Assembly: GCA_029953675.1 (NCBI GenBank)
Contig: JAMWBK010000003.1
Coordinates: 2,170,001 to 2,234,000, forward strand
Length of the DNA stretch: 64,000 bases
DNA from: Rhodosorus marinus CCMP1338
Lineage: Eukaryota > Plantae > Rhodophyta
Direction: 5' to 3'
The translations under genes were made by a program, and so were the position numbers. Each line of letters starts with the position of its first letter. The first letter of the stretch is position 1. Positions 1 to 13,587 of the stretch are shown here, in pieces. Below the pieces are notes generated by a model. It made no database searches. It was not told the DNA's origin and worked only from the letters and a program-made list of their open reading frames with translations.

Positions 1-558
1 CTTAACTGGAAGGGTCCCAGTAGCTTCACCAGTCTACGTCCTTGCCTTCTATGAGACAACCTGACTGAATCCGTATCCATCCACAGCCAGAAACAAGCTG
101 CATAATTTTTTTTTGAAAACTATATACCAATGATCTTTTGAGAAAGAATTAGTAGGTTGAACGGCAAGAGTGCTGTTCAATTGTCAGTAGAGTAACTGGT
201 GGGGGTGGGCGGAGATTGAGTTTGTCCGATCCCGAATGGAATTTCCTATGGGTTAAGAAGGCCATTTAAGTCTCGTAAAAGATAGGGCAAAGAAGAGGCA
301 GCTCAAGTGCTTGAGTGACGAGTGTGTTCTTCTGGAAGTCTTTGATTCCAATACTTGGTTATGGCGCGGCCAGGTTTTGCATCGGTGAGCGGAGTTCTGT
401 GCGGGGTGTTCTCGTTTGTTTTGGTCAATACCTCGCTTGTCGATATGTTCTGAGCTTGTGTCTCTGTTGCGTTTGTTATGTGTTTGCCTATTTTCTTGTG
501 TGTTATTTAGAGCATTCGAAGATGGGCGGTTTTCAAGTACTGGAAGTTTTACCTGTCG

Positions 559-3500
559 ATGGTGGCTTTCCTGGCGGGTATGGCTTTATTAGTTGCGGTT
601 GGGGTCGGCTACGGAGTGCTCCCTGTCCTTGCGGTTCTCTCCGTTTCCGCCGGAGCTTTCGTGTTAAATTATAGAACAAATAGCTTGCTCCGCCGACGTT
701 TGACAGTGTACAAGAGCTCTCTGATTGCTTTCGCGGATTACAAGCTGCTGCGCCGGAAAACCAAGAGGTTTGCTCACAAAAGTTTACAAATCTTGCGGAG
801 ATCGAGAGAGGAACTGTCAACTCATAAAGACGCTCCCCGTTACTTTTCTCGAGCTCTTCAGACTATTTCCGGACAACGACACCTGTCCCGAATGTCTTGA
901 AATGTGGGAAGAGGTCAACACTAGGAATGCGAGGCGAGCGTACGAGGTGTTCGTCTCACTGGAAGGGCTATGGATCAAAGCCGGCCAGTACCTATCCAGC
1001 CGTGCTGATGTAATGGTCTCCACATGGTTGTCTTCACTGTCCGAGCCTACTACTCACTCCCGCGATTCTTCTCAAACTGCTCAGGTCCTGCCGGACGTGT
1101 TCATTATGACCTTAAGTAAATGTCAGGACGAAGTCCCCTCAAAGGATCTGGATGATATCCGGGAGACTATTGAGAGCGAGTTTGGAAGGCCGCTGTCATC
1201 AGTGTTTGAGTTCTTTGACCCTAAGCCGCTTGCTTGTGCGTCCATTGCTCAGGTAACGACAAGACCCGCAAAGATTGCTCTGCTCCGTTGACAGGCTGGG
1301 TGCAAGGAAGCCTGAAACGTATCAAGTGTCCCTTCTCGTACTTGCTTTTCTCGAAAGGTGCACAGAGCAACCTTCCGAGGCGAGGATGTGGTGGTTAAAG
1401 TGCAGCACAAAGCAATCAAGGAGGTCATCGAACAGGATCTTGAAAACTTGAGAAGGATAGTCTCCTGGTTTGCTTGGGCTGAACCAGACTTTGACTTCAG
1501 GCCGCTCATGAACGAGTGGTCCAAAGAGGTGGGTTTGTACTGTCCGACGATTGGACAACCGTTCGGTGTATCAGCCGGAGTCTGAAAAGAAACTGCGCTG
1601 TAAACGCGCTCCTCCTACGGTAGGTGCCGTATGAACTGGACTTCATCCACGAAGCGGAAAATCTTCGCCGTGTTGAGAGAGAATCGCTCGAGGCTGTTCG
1701 ATCTCGGAAGGATCTGGGCATGTCGTTCAAGGCGATCTTTCCACAGGTCTGCTCGATAATCATTTCATGTGGCTTTGCTCAACCGCTGCCAAGCGTTCTG
1801 GCCCCGAACTGAGTTTTTTCTCTCGATACAGGTCTACGACGAACTGCTAACGGAGAAAGTCCTCGTTATGAACTACATCGACGGCTTCAAGGTGTCGGAC
1901 ATTAAAGAATTGGATGCGCGCAAAGTGGACAGAGTAGCGCTGATTCAGGACATAGCGCGCGCGTACGGGAATCAGATCTTCCGCTTCGGATTCTTCAATG
2001 CTGACCCGCATCCTGGCAATATTCTCGTCGTGGCTGAGAAAGGCAAAAAAGCGACGCCAGCTCTCCTTGACTTTGGCCTCACGAAGGAGATCGACGAAAA
2101 GACCCAGAGAGGATTCAGCAAACTCGTTTTGGCGGCAGCAGATGGCGACATCTCGATGCTTCTGAACAGCCTTGATGATGTCGGAGTAAAGTTCAACTTT
2201 AACTCCCAGATTATCGCGAAGGAGTCGCTTAAAATGACGAAGTTCTTCTTCAGAGACAGCGGAAAGCGAAAAACCGCGCAATTGAAAGAGGAAAAGGCGA
2301 AGCGGAAAGAGAAACAGAAGGAGATCAAGCTTCAAGACGACGAATCACTGGGGAGGAATCCCGTCGACGCATTTCCAGAATCGCTCGTATTCTTCCAGAG
2401 AACTATATTCCTTATTCGGGGTCTTGCGACGTTGCTTGAGGTAAGTGGTGTGCAGCACGAAGACTACGAGTAGAATGACAAACGGGAGCGAATCTGACCG
2501 AGCATATGGGTTCACCCCAAAATCGCTCAGGTTCATTTGCAATACTTGGACCTGCTGGTACCATTCGCAAAGTCCAATCTACGAGGGACGTTTCAAATCG
2601 ATAAGCCGTTTCCGTTTCCCCGAACCATCGAAGTTCAATCGCAGCTTTCTGCGAAGCTGATCAACTTAGCGGCCAAGCTCGAGAGGGATGGTTCCCTTAC
2701 CGGTTGTCAGATCGTAGTTTGGCAGAATGGCCAGTTTCTTGCCGAAATAGCTTGTGGAAGGTAGAAACCTCCAAGAACAGACTGGGAAGTACTCGATACG
2801 ACACAACCTCTAACTCAACACAACTCTTTTCAGGCGTGACAAGTACACCGAAAACGCCGTGACACCGTCAACGCTCTTCAACGTTTACTCTTGTACGAAG
2901 GCGCTCACCGCAATGGCGTTGCATCGCTGCGTTGAGATGGAACTAGTCAACTACTCTGATTATATCCATCAGCACTGGCCTCGTTTCAGAACAAAATGCA
3001 CAGTTGAACAGGTAAATTGCCCCGCACCCAGTATAAATAGCTAGGTTTGAAGATGCGCCAATGAACAACTCGTCCTCGGAAATTGTGGCCGCTGCGTCTG
3101 GGTCTTCAGTCTTGTCCAGGCAGAATATTCCCTTGGGCTCTACCTGTGAAATGAAGACCTTTCCAGTTGATCGTCGAAAACCTGGTACAGTCTGCTGACA
3201 ACAGCTACTCATCCTCGTTTGCCATGCATAACAGGTTCTCAGGCATACTTCCGGGCTTCAGAACGCTGGAGGTGAGGCAATAGAGAAGAACTTTTTCTCC
3301 GTGTGTAATTGGGATAGGATGATTCGGCTTATGGAAGAGGCTGACCCGACAACTGCACCTGGAAGTGAGGAGAGTTATCATTACCTCAGCTTCGGATGGA
3401 TAGTTGGAGGATTGGTGGAGAAGGTGTCCAAGACACCGTTCAGAGGTACGGAACGAATTTCGACCAAGCTGCTCCAGCGCCAGCTTCGTGACTGAAAGCG

Positions 3501-4385
3501 TTCGATGAAACCACAGAATTTGTTAGAAGGGAGATTACTGGGCCACTAGGTATTGTGGACGAAATGCAGATAGGTCTGGAAGATCCTATGAACGAGAATT
3601 TGGCAATGGTATGCTTTGATTTAGAAGGAGAGAAGAAGAAAATGAAGCGGAAACTTGGCCGCGCAGCGTTGACCGGTCAACTAGGCAAGCGTATGAAAGA
3701 CATCCACGAGCTAGCGAACAGTGAGGCTGCCGAGAAAGGGTTGATGTCGAACCCGACAATGTTCAACCACATATCCGTATGTTCAAGTCTCATGACGCCG
3801 CGTTGCCCAGGTAAAACCTTTCTGAGCATGAAGAACCGCTGCTTGGACTGTCAAATAGGTGAAAGAGGCCGCAATTCCAGCTGCAAATGGGCACTTTTCA
3901 GCTAGAGCGCTGGCAAAGCTGTATGCTACCTTGGCGAACGGCGGAGTGATACCCGGGACGAGCAAGCGTCTACTCAAGGCAGAAACTGTTGCGTTGCTTA
4001 ACTCGTTTTCCAGTGTCAGCAGGCCGAATGCTCAAGAGGCAGGGTAAGATTGAGGGCACAGAGGAGTACCGCACGTTCTCTTGGGTTGGTTCTTACGACA
4101 CTTTTTGTCTCCGACCTCAGCTATGGATTAGGCCTCCAGGTCTTTCGTACCGACGCAGACGATCCTGCTCCCGTCTTCGGCCATTCAGGTATAGGGGGGA
4201 GCCTTGGAGGTTGCGACCCTAGATCGAAAACGGCGTTTGGTTTGACCTTGAACCAGCTTACGTTTGATCACGGAGCTGGATTTGAGATAATGAAACTCAT
4301 CTTCGACGCTCTAGGTCTGCAACCCTTGGCTGCATTCAACAACGGTGGCATGATTGAAAGGAACCAGCTCCTGGCCATGGCGTAA
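559..4385 (+). CDS. ABC1/AarF atypical kinase fused to a C-terminal beta-lactamase-like (serine hydrolase) domain, multi-exon
   Basis: Spliced exons give ABC1 motifs WIKAGQYLSSRADV, LACASIAQVHRA, VVVKVQH, FFNADPHPGNI, LLDFG. These are followed by beta-lactamase-family motifs FNVYSCTK (SxxK), SYHYLSFGW and FGHSGIGGS. Hydrophobic N-terminus; GT-AG introns between the ORF-track fragments. Confidence 0.9.
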
Positions 4386-5211
4386 ATAACAACCTCTTTA
4401 GTTTCTGACGAAATGAAAACAGGCGTACACGGCTGGTACGGAACCTACCATCCATGCAGATCAATTATGGGGATAGCCTGCTACACGCATTGAAAGCTTT
4501 GATGGTCCTGCCAACGGGCACGACGATCCAAACGCTTAGTAAGGCTTAGTGGATGGCATAGGGCTGTACAATGGTGTGCGTGAAAGCGATTTCACCCGCG
4601 GCAATACTTTGCTGAGCACATGTCGCACTTCGCGCCTGTATTGCGCATGGCCTGTGTTTTCCAATCTGGGTCTGAATCATGACACTTCCCGGGACGTGAA
4701 CGGAAAGAACACGAACGCTCGTCTAAATGAACGAGTTCCAATTCCCCCCTACTAAACAGCAGACGGCAAAGTAGCTTGTTATGAGTCGTTGCATAGGTTA
4801 TGACCCCCCATGCTCGTTGGTCAGAACCTATGACCAACGAGCCCTGCAATGAGGTCATCCACGAAATCGGGCAAAATCGGTTGCATCGCATACAAGGGCT
4901 AAGAGAGACCCAGCTTGATAGATTAAAAGCAGTAAAGCGAACAACAAACTATAGCACGTTGTCTAGATAATCAGCAATTGGACTCGATCGGATGATTGCC
5001 TCAGGTACGTTGAAGCATTCGCGGATGCAGCCCAAGAGACATGGAACAAGAGATATCTCAGCCCTGCTGGAGAACCACGGCATTCGAGTGAACTTGACAA
5101 GAACACCCGAGTACGTTCGAGCTGTAGGATCCGCGCCTTCGTTCGGTGCTAATGCGATTTACAAGATCTTCGTCCTCACAACAGAACCAAACCAAAATAA
5201 AAGCTCTAATC

Positions 5212-7683
5212 TCAAGGGGAATGACCTGAAACATATCTGACTAGTACGTAACCCGAAGCAAACGAAATGGACCCCGCGGCTACTCCGATGTTCACACATG
5301 CGATTGCAGCGTGGATGGACCACGAAAGAGCTGTTACCAAGTTCGTCTTTCGTATAGCCAGCTCAAAGAAAATATATATGACAGAAAACACAAAACAGTA
5401 CAGTCCGGTCAATCCGGAACTGAGATAGGAGAGCCACCACCATCGGTAGTCTCCGTTCTGCAATAGATAGTCGGCAGAGATAATTCCCACCTGGTGTCGA
5501 TGAGAAAGGCTCATTCTCAGTCTAGGCAGTGATTCACAGTCAGCGAACGATAGCATCCCCTTACCTCAAAGCTGACAACGACAACCGCCAAGACTCCAAA
5601 AATCGAGATCGAAAACAGGAATGCTGGGATTTCGTTCACAGCTGCATACAGGACAAGGATCAGAGGTTCGATAGCGACGAGGAAAGGTAGGAGAGATAAC
5701 CTGCAGCTGAAAGCCACGCCCTTCCGAGGCTGCTGGATTACGGACGGTACCAAGTTTGTTCTTTCACCTACCGGATCGCTTCCCACCTGTGCGCAGATAA
5801 AGATGAGATTCAGGTCACTTGGAAACCTGAGAGAAAACTCTCGCAAAGCATACCAATCGAAAAGCGAAAAATGCTCCTGCAATGGTCAAAGGCAAGGAAA
5901 GACCAAACCAGGTGATTAAGAGTCCGAGCAGAACGACGAAGTCCACTGCACCAGCCGCGTTAGCCGCCCAGAGCAACCAGTTGAGCAGAAAGAAGAGGAT
6001 GAACACAATGCCGGGAACAAGCCCAGTGGTAAGAAGCACCGCCTGCACATGGACGCGGATCATCCATAAAACGGTAATACTGGTTAGGTGTCCTATCCGC
6101 CTCCTCAGCTTTCTTCGTTCGCGGCTTACCCGTGCTCTGTTGCTTCCACCAGTAAGGGAATAGACCCAACCACATACCCATCCCGCGAGTACGTTGGAGA
6201 GTATAGCAACGATCATCCAGGTCTTCATAATCACCTTATCTCTCATCGGAGAATGGACTCGGAGGACAGCTAGAAGCAGAGCAAAATCCGCAATGGATGC
6301 GATCTAATCGCGTTACAGCATAAGGGATCAGCGATTTCTCATACAATAACGAAAATCAGCGAAGGATATTTACCTGAAAGCCGCTGGCTACCAAAGCAGT
6401 CATATATTGTGGCGAGCTAGGAGTTCGGAAGACGTCCCCTCTGATTGCCTCAAAGCCCACCGCTGTTTCCTCTTCCAGCACAAAGTCGTTGCCAGTGTAC
6501 GGGGAAAGTGACGTCGATTCGTTCGCCTTTGACATCGAAAAAAAACAGGATTTTGCAAAGGAGACATAGCGTCAGGATCGGTTGCTGTAGAGAACGTAAG
6601 GCTTCACGACCTGCTTGCATTGCGTACTGCACGACGAAAAACGAACAGACTGTACACGCCGAGGATTCCAGCGATGATTAAAGAAGCGAGGAACAGCAGC
6701 CGTTTTCCACTACGGATCACGTTGTCCGTATTGGTGTAGGCATCCCAACGCGATTCCCATGTAACGTCATCTTCCTCAAAAACGACGGAGTAAGTCATGA
6801 CAAGTTCCAGCTCGGCCGAGCTTGGGTCCAACAACATCGGGATACTTTCCATGCAGTTCGTCAGCTCCGGCTGCGTGACCCTAAGGAATCAAATGAACAC
6901 GATGAGCATGAAGCAAGCTTTGGCTCGTGTCTGAGGAGCAGAGGGTTCTCACTTGACAGACTTCACATCAGCTTGGAATCCTACGATGCTCCATGTGCTC
7001 GATGGCAAGTTCGCGTCTCCATTGCGTTGGGTCTTCACCTTAAACTCGATGTGATTGTGGATGATCAGTTCGTCATCTGTGGGTACGAAGGATCTTCAAA
7101 ATTAGCTACAAGAAAAGCTGGGTTTCGAACATACTCAGCGCCGTACCTAAAATCTCTCCAACAGCATATCCTTGCAGCCTACGTCTGTCATCATCGCTCT
7201 CCGTAGCCTGCAGAAGCGGAAGGTTGTCCAAGGTCAACTCGACGCGATAGCCGCGCTTGATAAGCAGCTCAAAGCGTTTCAGGTCGTCATGGGAAAGATG
7301 CGCGATGCAAAGCACTTTGCATGACTGGGATGTGCCCATTTCCAATTCATAGTCGAGCAGAGACTCATGGTTTCCGTTCAGAAAATCCGTCAGAGTGTTC
7401 TTTTTCGATTCCCGATGGGTTCCTTGTGACAACAACGACGATGAAAAAGACCTTTCAGGGATGATCGCACAACTAAACACCATGCCAAATTGGGAGTGGA
7501 GATATGCGTTTGCTCACCACAATATGGCACCCATGAGTAATCCCTGGTAACCTGGGCTGGGGACCAGACTGTTTCACCTCGGACTTTGATCGAGTCCCCA
7601 GTTTGGAATTCGGTTGCTGATGAGCTCGCGATTCCGTGAATCAAGCTAAAGAAAAGAATCCCCGGGAGTAGCACAATGTGCAT
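5212..7683 (-). CDS. TM9SF/nonaspanin (EMP70) family membrane protein, multi-exon; 3' end approximate
   Basis: Signal peptide MHIVLLPGILFFSLI, lumenal GYRVELTLDNLP and VTWESRWD, and TM region motifs GLVPGIVFILFFLLNWLLW, LLITWFGLSLPLTIAGAFF, GVLPFGAIFVE-like GGVAFSC, DYRWWWLSYLSSG. Confidence 0.88.
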
Positions 7684-8384
7684 CCTGGACTTGCTACGCC
7701 AACACTTCCGATCATCAATCATACTGCTTTTACATGCTGCTGAGCAGCGTTTTCAAGTCATGATTCTCCTTTTGATAGTTTGCCATGTCTCCTTAGCCAA
7801 GGAAATACTGGTCAATATTTAATCAGCTGACGCCCGTTTTCAAGGCGAATAGTCCCGTCCCCCTTGAACGGCTCAGGGCAATGTGCTCAGACAGCACCCT
7901 CCGGCTGACCAAACAATCTACTGCAGTCGAAGGAGGAGCACAGCTTCGAGTAGAGCAGCCGGAAGGTCAATCTCGTTTTCGGCAGAATGTCTAGTCCCAT
8001 ACGCCCTCTCTCGCTACTATGCCAGTTGTGATATGTACTGAGAGAATTTTTATTTTGTTCTGGGTGAGACGCAGAATGAGCTCCTTTTGCGAAGACAACG
8101 GACTGCCTATATGCCTCTGGAGTTATCGGGCATCGCAAAGCGGTACCTGAATTTTGGTTGGCTTCATCAACTAGGGCTTGGGTTGAACATAGAAACGGTC
8201 ACTGGTTTACTACATAATATAAAATTGCTGATTCTTGTCTAGGCCTCGGAGATAGGAGTTTGATCAAAACGTAGTTTCCGCAAAAGAATCATAGGGAGTT
8301 AGTACATCAACGTGGGCAAGATGTGGCAGTTTTGAATCGGTTTGGTGAGCAGCGCTGTCGACTGCCTCGGCTGCTTTCGTGTCT

Positions 8385-11152
8385 TCAAGCGATAAGCTCA
8401 TCCTTCATATCGTCCCGGACATGGTTCGGAGAAAGTCCTTTCGGTAACGACATTCTACCAAGGAACAGTTCCCAACCTGAGCTCTGGGTACTGAGCTCGA
8501 GAGCGTAATATAGAAGGCCATGTGAGTCAGCGGTTTGCCATTCGGGACTACGGCCGATAAGAGCCCTTAGGCAGACGATTGATGAAGGGTCGTCTGCTCT
8601 GGCTGAGCTGATCCTGGAACAAATCGGCTCCCGTCGCAGGAGGCTTTTCAAGATTCCTTCTATGCGTTGCCACCCACTTTGTCACGTTGCGATCAACCAC
8701 AGATAACGGAAGTGTGCCATTCCTCAGAACAACATCGTGGAACTCTTTGTAATTAAAGTCCGTCTCGAGCTTGCGCTCGGCAAATTTCTTCAGCTCAAGC
8801 AGTCTCAGCTCTCCAACCTTGAATGCCACGGCCTGACCTGGCATCGTGATGATACGATCGAGTTCGGCGGCAATCTCGTTATCCGTAAGACAAGCATTAT
8901 TCCTCAGATATTGAAAGGCCTCATCCCTGACGAATGAGAAAATTTCGACTCAGTACCGGTCACACACGCAGTCTCATTCCGAGTTGTCTAGCAATACCTT
9001 GTCCACCTCTTATAGTGGATTCCCGTGTCGACGACAAGACGAACTGCCCTCCACATTTCGGTCAACAAGCGACCGAAGTAGTTCTTTTGATCTTCGTAAA
9101 AGTTCATCACCTCTCCCAAATGCTCAGCGTACAGGGCCCAACCCTGAACAAAGCTTAGACAGCATGATGTTTCCGACCTTCTTAGCCTCGGCAGGCCAGG
9201 CTTCTCCTGTATTAGCGACAGCAGCGGCACGTCAGAAATCTAGCCAGAGACTCAAGACGGAGAGGAGGTACGCTGTATGCTCACCTGAGCAATGCCAAGC
9301 TGCATATGGTGCCCTGGTACTCCCTCGTGAAGCGCAATGGCCTCCATCTGGTACTTCGGACGCGTTTCAGGTCGCGAACAGTTAGCGAAGAAAATGGCAG
9401 GTTGCTCTTCTGCCCTTACAGCCGGGTGGTAGTGGGCTGGTGGGGAGTACTGAGCTTGCAGCTCGTCGATGGGTTTAACCTGGCAAAACGTGCGAGGGAG
9501 GGGTTCGCATTGAGTCTGTTTGCAAGAAAATTGAGAATTGATTCGCCAGCATTCGAAGTTTGCACATCATGCGCCTCACCGTTAGGGTAGCAACTGGCGT
9601 CTTACTAAAGAATATGGAAAGTTTCTCATCCGCGATCTCAAGGATCTCCTGGTACCTGTCCAAGACTTCCCCCGAGGAATTGAAGAAATTTTCTGGGTTT
9701 TCCATCAAGATTCTGACGAACTCAAAATTCGACGACGCGAGATCATCCTTGAGCAGTTTCCGAACCTGGTGGACACGTTTGCATAGATTCAGATCAGCCT
9801 GGTCCTATGCTACTGGGCAGAACAAGCTGTTTCTAGCATATTGGCGTCATCATACTTTACGCATTTTTTCCGAGATCCTCTGCACTTCTGAAAGTCCCAG
9901 TGCATGCACGTCGTCGGGCGTAATGTCGAGGGATGTAAAATATTCCAGGCATCCTTTGTAAAAGTTTTCACCGTCAGGCAAGGACCAGACACCGGGTTCT
10001 TTCCGGGCTTCCAAAACATATTCCTCTGTGAGAAACTTCGCGAGCCTGCGGAATGCCGGGATGAGGCACTCGCCGATTGCTTTCCTCAAGCTCTCCACGT
10101 TCCCGCCAACCGCGCGAAATCGAGCGTTAGCCATCAAGTAGATCACAGACGTCTCAGGATCGTCGACGATCTAGTTCAAAAATCGGGATAGACGGACTTC
10201 CCTTCAGCACACCTGTCGGACCAGTAAGCAAGACTGGACTACTCACCTGTTCTTGGCATTGTTGGATCATGCTCTGCACTGCGTTCAAGTGCAAAGTCCG
10301 TTTGCTTTTCATTCCGTCCCTGAATGCTTCAATCATTTGATTCACTTGCTCATCGAAAGCTCTAAGACGATGGACGAAGCTCCTGCAGTCCCCACCGTGT
10401 CGTAAGGCATTAATTGATGGCAGCTGTCGCACCCTCTAGTAGTTAGCGTCTCGGTGTTTGCTTTCCTCTAGTGCCGCCGTCAAGGTGAACATACCTGAGC
10501 TATCATTAGGTGTTGACCAAATAAGTGGTGCGAAGGGAACTCATAAATATCAAAGGACTCCATCGCCTTAATCTCCAGCCTCAGATACTCCTTCAAGAAC
10601 AAGTAGTTGGTCTGTTCTTCGTCATCTTTTATGTCCTTGAAGTTGACTGTGTCCACCTTCCTGTCAAGCTCTTGCAGTTTCTTCAAATGGTTTCGACGAG
10701 CGTCCGCCCTCAAATCCATGAGAAGGTGGTTGTTCCTCTCGTCCCCTGTTCAGGAACTGAGAGTTTGAGCAAATACATAACTTGGGAACCTGAGCAATTC
10801 TCTGGACTATTCAGAAAATCCTTACCGCTGAGAGTGGCCGAGATCGGATCCCATCTGCACGATTCGTCCCAGACCTCAGCGTAAATTCTCCAGACCTGAT
10901 CTATTGCACCGCTCGCATTCAAAGGTCTATCGATCTCCTCCGACGGACCACGCCTATGAAAACATAGAGCAAAAACCGAAACATCATAACTTTTAGCCGT
11001 CTCTTAACCGGAGCTGATCAGCTGCAGCTGCTACCCACATACCTGAATCGTTTTAGAATAAATCTAACTGCTCCGACAGAAGCCGAGAAGGCAACCACGA
11101 CATGTAATGGTACCACCGGGGCCTCTGTTTGATGATACGGCATGATCTGCAT
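8385..11152 (-). CDS. DUF885 family protein (bacterial-type, HEGxPGHH motif), many introns; 5' start uncertain, stop at 8385 or 8548
   Basis: ALHEGVPGHHMQ encoded at ~9301-9336, QGWALYAE, EMWRAVRLVVDTGIHYKRWTR, GELRLLELKK..FHDVVLRNGTLPL, PGVWSLPDGENFY. All are characteristic of DUF885 as recalled from the family. Confidence 0.88.
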
Positions 11153-13587
11153 GTTACTTGGATCGGAATCTTTATCCTTTCCATCCTGCGAGAAAATACC
11201 GAACATTTTGTATTTCCCCTTTTGCGCTTTGAGACCTGGCTGCGTTAGCCTTCACACAAAACAATCAATCCAAGCCCAAAACTACGCAGGGAGACTACTT
11301 CATTCCCCGCGTCTCTTTCAAAAACCAGCGCAGTTTCCTACAAATCCACTCTGCAAACCATCCCGGCCCTCCGCCCGCGTTTCATCAACTCCCCATGAAT
11401 AGAACAAAAGAAAAAGCCAATGCTATCCCAGCGCCAAACCAGTTCAATCTTCCTATTAGTTCACGGAATGTTTACAAAACAAAAGCTTCTTACTCCCTAC
11501 CCTCTCTTCTTCCCTCCCTCCCCCTGCTCGCCCCATTATCTCTCCAACACCCTCTCCATGCCCAGCTGCACACCCACAGTGAGTCACCAGCCAGAAAGAA
11601 AACAAGAAAACTCCAATCAGGAAAAAAAACAAACGTCCTACATCGAAAAAGCGTTTCCTATCATATGCGGATAGGGAAACTCCATCACCCAGCAAATCTT
11701 TTCTTTTGGTTAAAAATTACCATTCAGCGCGCTCTCAGCACAAGATCGTTGAAATTTTAACAAACCAAAGTTTGAGAAATATTTCTATTCATACTTACCA
11801 TACACCCGTTGGGAGGTAAATATTTTTTGACATTATTTAGAATATTAGGGGGGGTACGAGCGACTTATGATTATTGATATCCACCGAAATTTTGACATAT
11901 CATGAATTTAGGTTGATACGTGATGTTTCGAAAGGGGGGTAGATTATATTTTACGTAATAGACCTGGACATATTCGCCTTCGTAGGATTATTGAATAGTC
12001 TAATAAAATTGATCGAATCTTATATTTGATCGAGGGGAATGCACTAGGCGTGGACTCATTTCAATTTTTTTTCTGCGAATCGAATTATGGACGGCAGAAG
12101 GGGCACTGCAGTATTTCAGATACGTTAAGGTGACAGTTAAATGGTACGTGAATTGTTTTTTTCACACAAAAAGTGTTACAAAAGGTTATATGGAATGGAA
12201 GGTCGTCTGTATACGTCGTTTGAAGGAGAGGTGACTGCTAAACCGTTGCAGGCTAGAAATATACCTTTAATATTTACTTTATAGGATGAAATAATGGCAT
12301 GAATGATTTATGTGTCATATGGGTTTCACTTCGTAAACTTTTTGCCGAAGGGGATGGTTTGTAGGATCGTTAGTAGTAGTGGCCCATTCGAGCTAAACGG
12401 ATGTAGCTTGGGATGAAAATGCCACACTCAGACGGTGCTTATTGTCTAGTACTGAGCTTTTCCGTGTAGTTTAGTCCGAGCTGCGCGTGAAAATCCAGCG
12501 TGGCGTGTCTCAAATGCTAAGCATTGGGGGTGTTTATCGTAGAGTATTTGGTACGATAGTGTTGACATCGACCAGGATGGTCTCTCCTTCACCAGCGTTT
12601 TCGGTTATGCAAGCGCAATTCGGTCGCAGCAGGCTAACCCTCCCTCCGCCCCACCCCACCCCGGGGCATGGGCAAGCGCCTCCAGCTGCCGCTACTAAAA
12701 AAATAAAAACTGGGGCAGCCGTGCCCAATTTTTAGTCCAGTATCGAAACGTCCAATTTTAGAAGTGGGCGAGGCCCGCCGGTGAGTACCAAGGTACGAGG
12801 ACTATCAGCTCGTTGTAGAAACCTTATTGTTCGCTCAGCTGGTGTAGGAGTTCCCAAAGAATCCCCCACGTTCACGTACTATCTCTGGCCGCGACAAGAG
12901 TCCCATCCAAGCTGCAAACACGCCCAGCATGGTTCTAGATACCCTCACGTTTAGTGCAGCGCTCGTTTTTAACGGTTGTCCAGAGTTGGACAGGTAGGCA
13001 AGGCTCTGCCCCCTTTCCCAACTGAGCCCTAGAGCTTCCTCCTCATCGCCGCCAAAGCAGACTATTAGGGGAATAGAAATCACAAAAAAAGGTGGGCCTA
13101 TTAGGTTCCGTTGCAACAGCATAACTCCAACAATTGGTTAATATAAGCGAAATAAGAAACCGTATAACCATATGCACAATATCATTCGATACTTATCCGA
13201 TTAAATCATTGTATTGGATAATCGAATTCCGTTGCAATCAGTTCATTGGTATCAATCGTTGAATTGTGTTATTTTATTTACCTTTTTTTTATAATTGATA
13301 TCAACTCCGTTCCATCATCGAGCGATGATCTCAATCAATGAAGAAGCAGCGAAAATGACGGATTTGGAGTGTTTTCGATATGAAATCATATGAAAAACAA
13401 TATTTCACGAGATTTTTTAATGAGTTTTTTTGTTTTGTTTTGGTCGTGGGCGGCTTCGCTCCGATGCTGCAAAGTGAAGGGTGTGGGGAAGAAGGGCTGT
13501 AGTGTGAGTCGTTGATGATCTGCTGAGGAGGATTTGAGAACCTCATCAGAAGGATAACTAGTGAATTTGGAACTGGGTTTTGAAAGG

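Noticed and set aside
315-674. 119-aa + strand ORF overlapping the ABC1 kinase start
   Set aside because: GTG start, low-complexity T/G-rich leader sequence, and out of frame with the real CDS.
11960-11990. ACCTGGACATATTCGCCTTCGTAGGA resembling the 3' half of a TPP riboswitch
   Set aside because: No upstream CTGAGA/P2-P3 element and no RUAAU loop with a pairing P5 stem.
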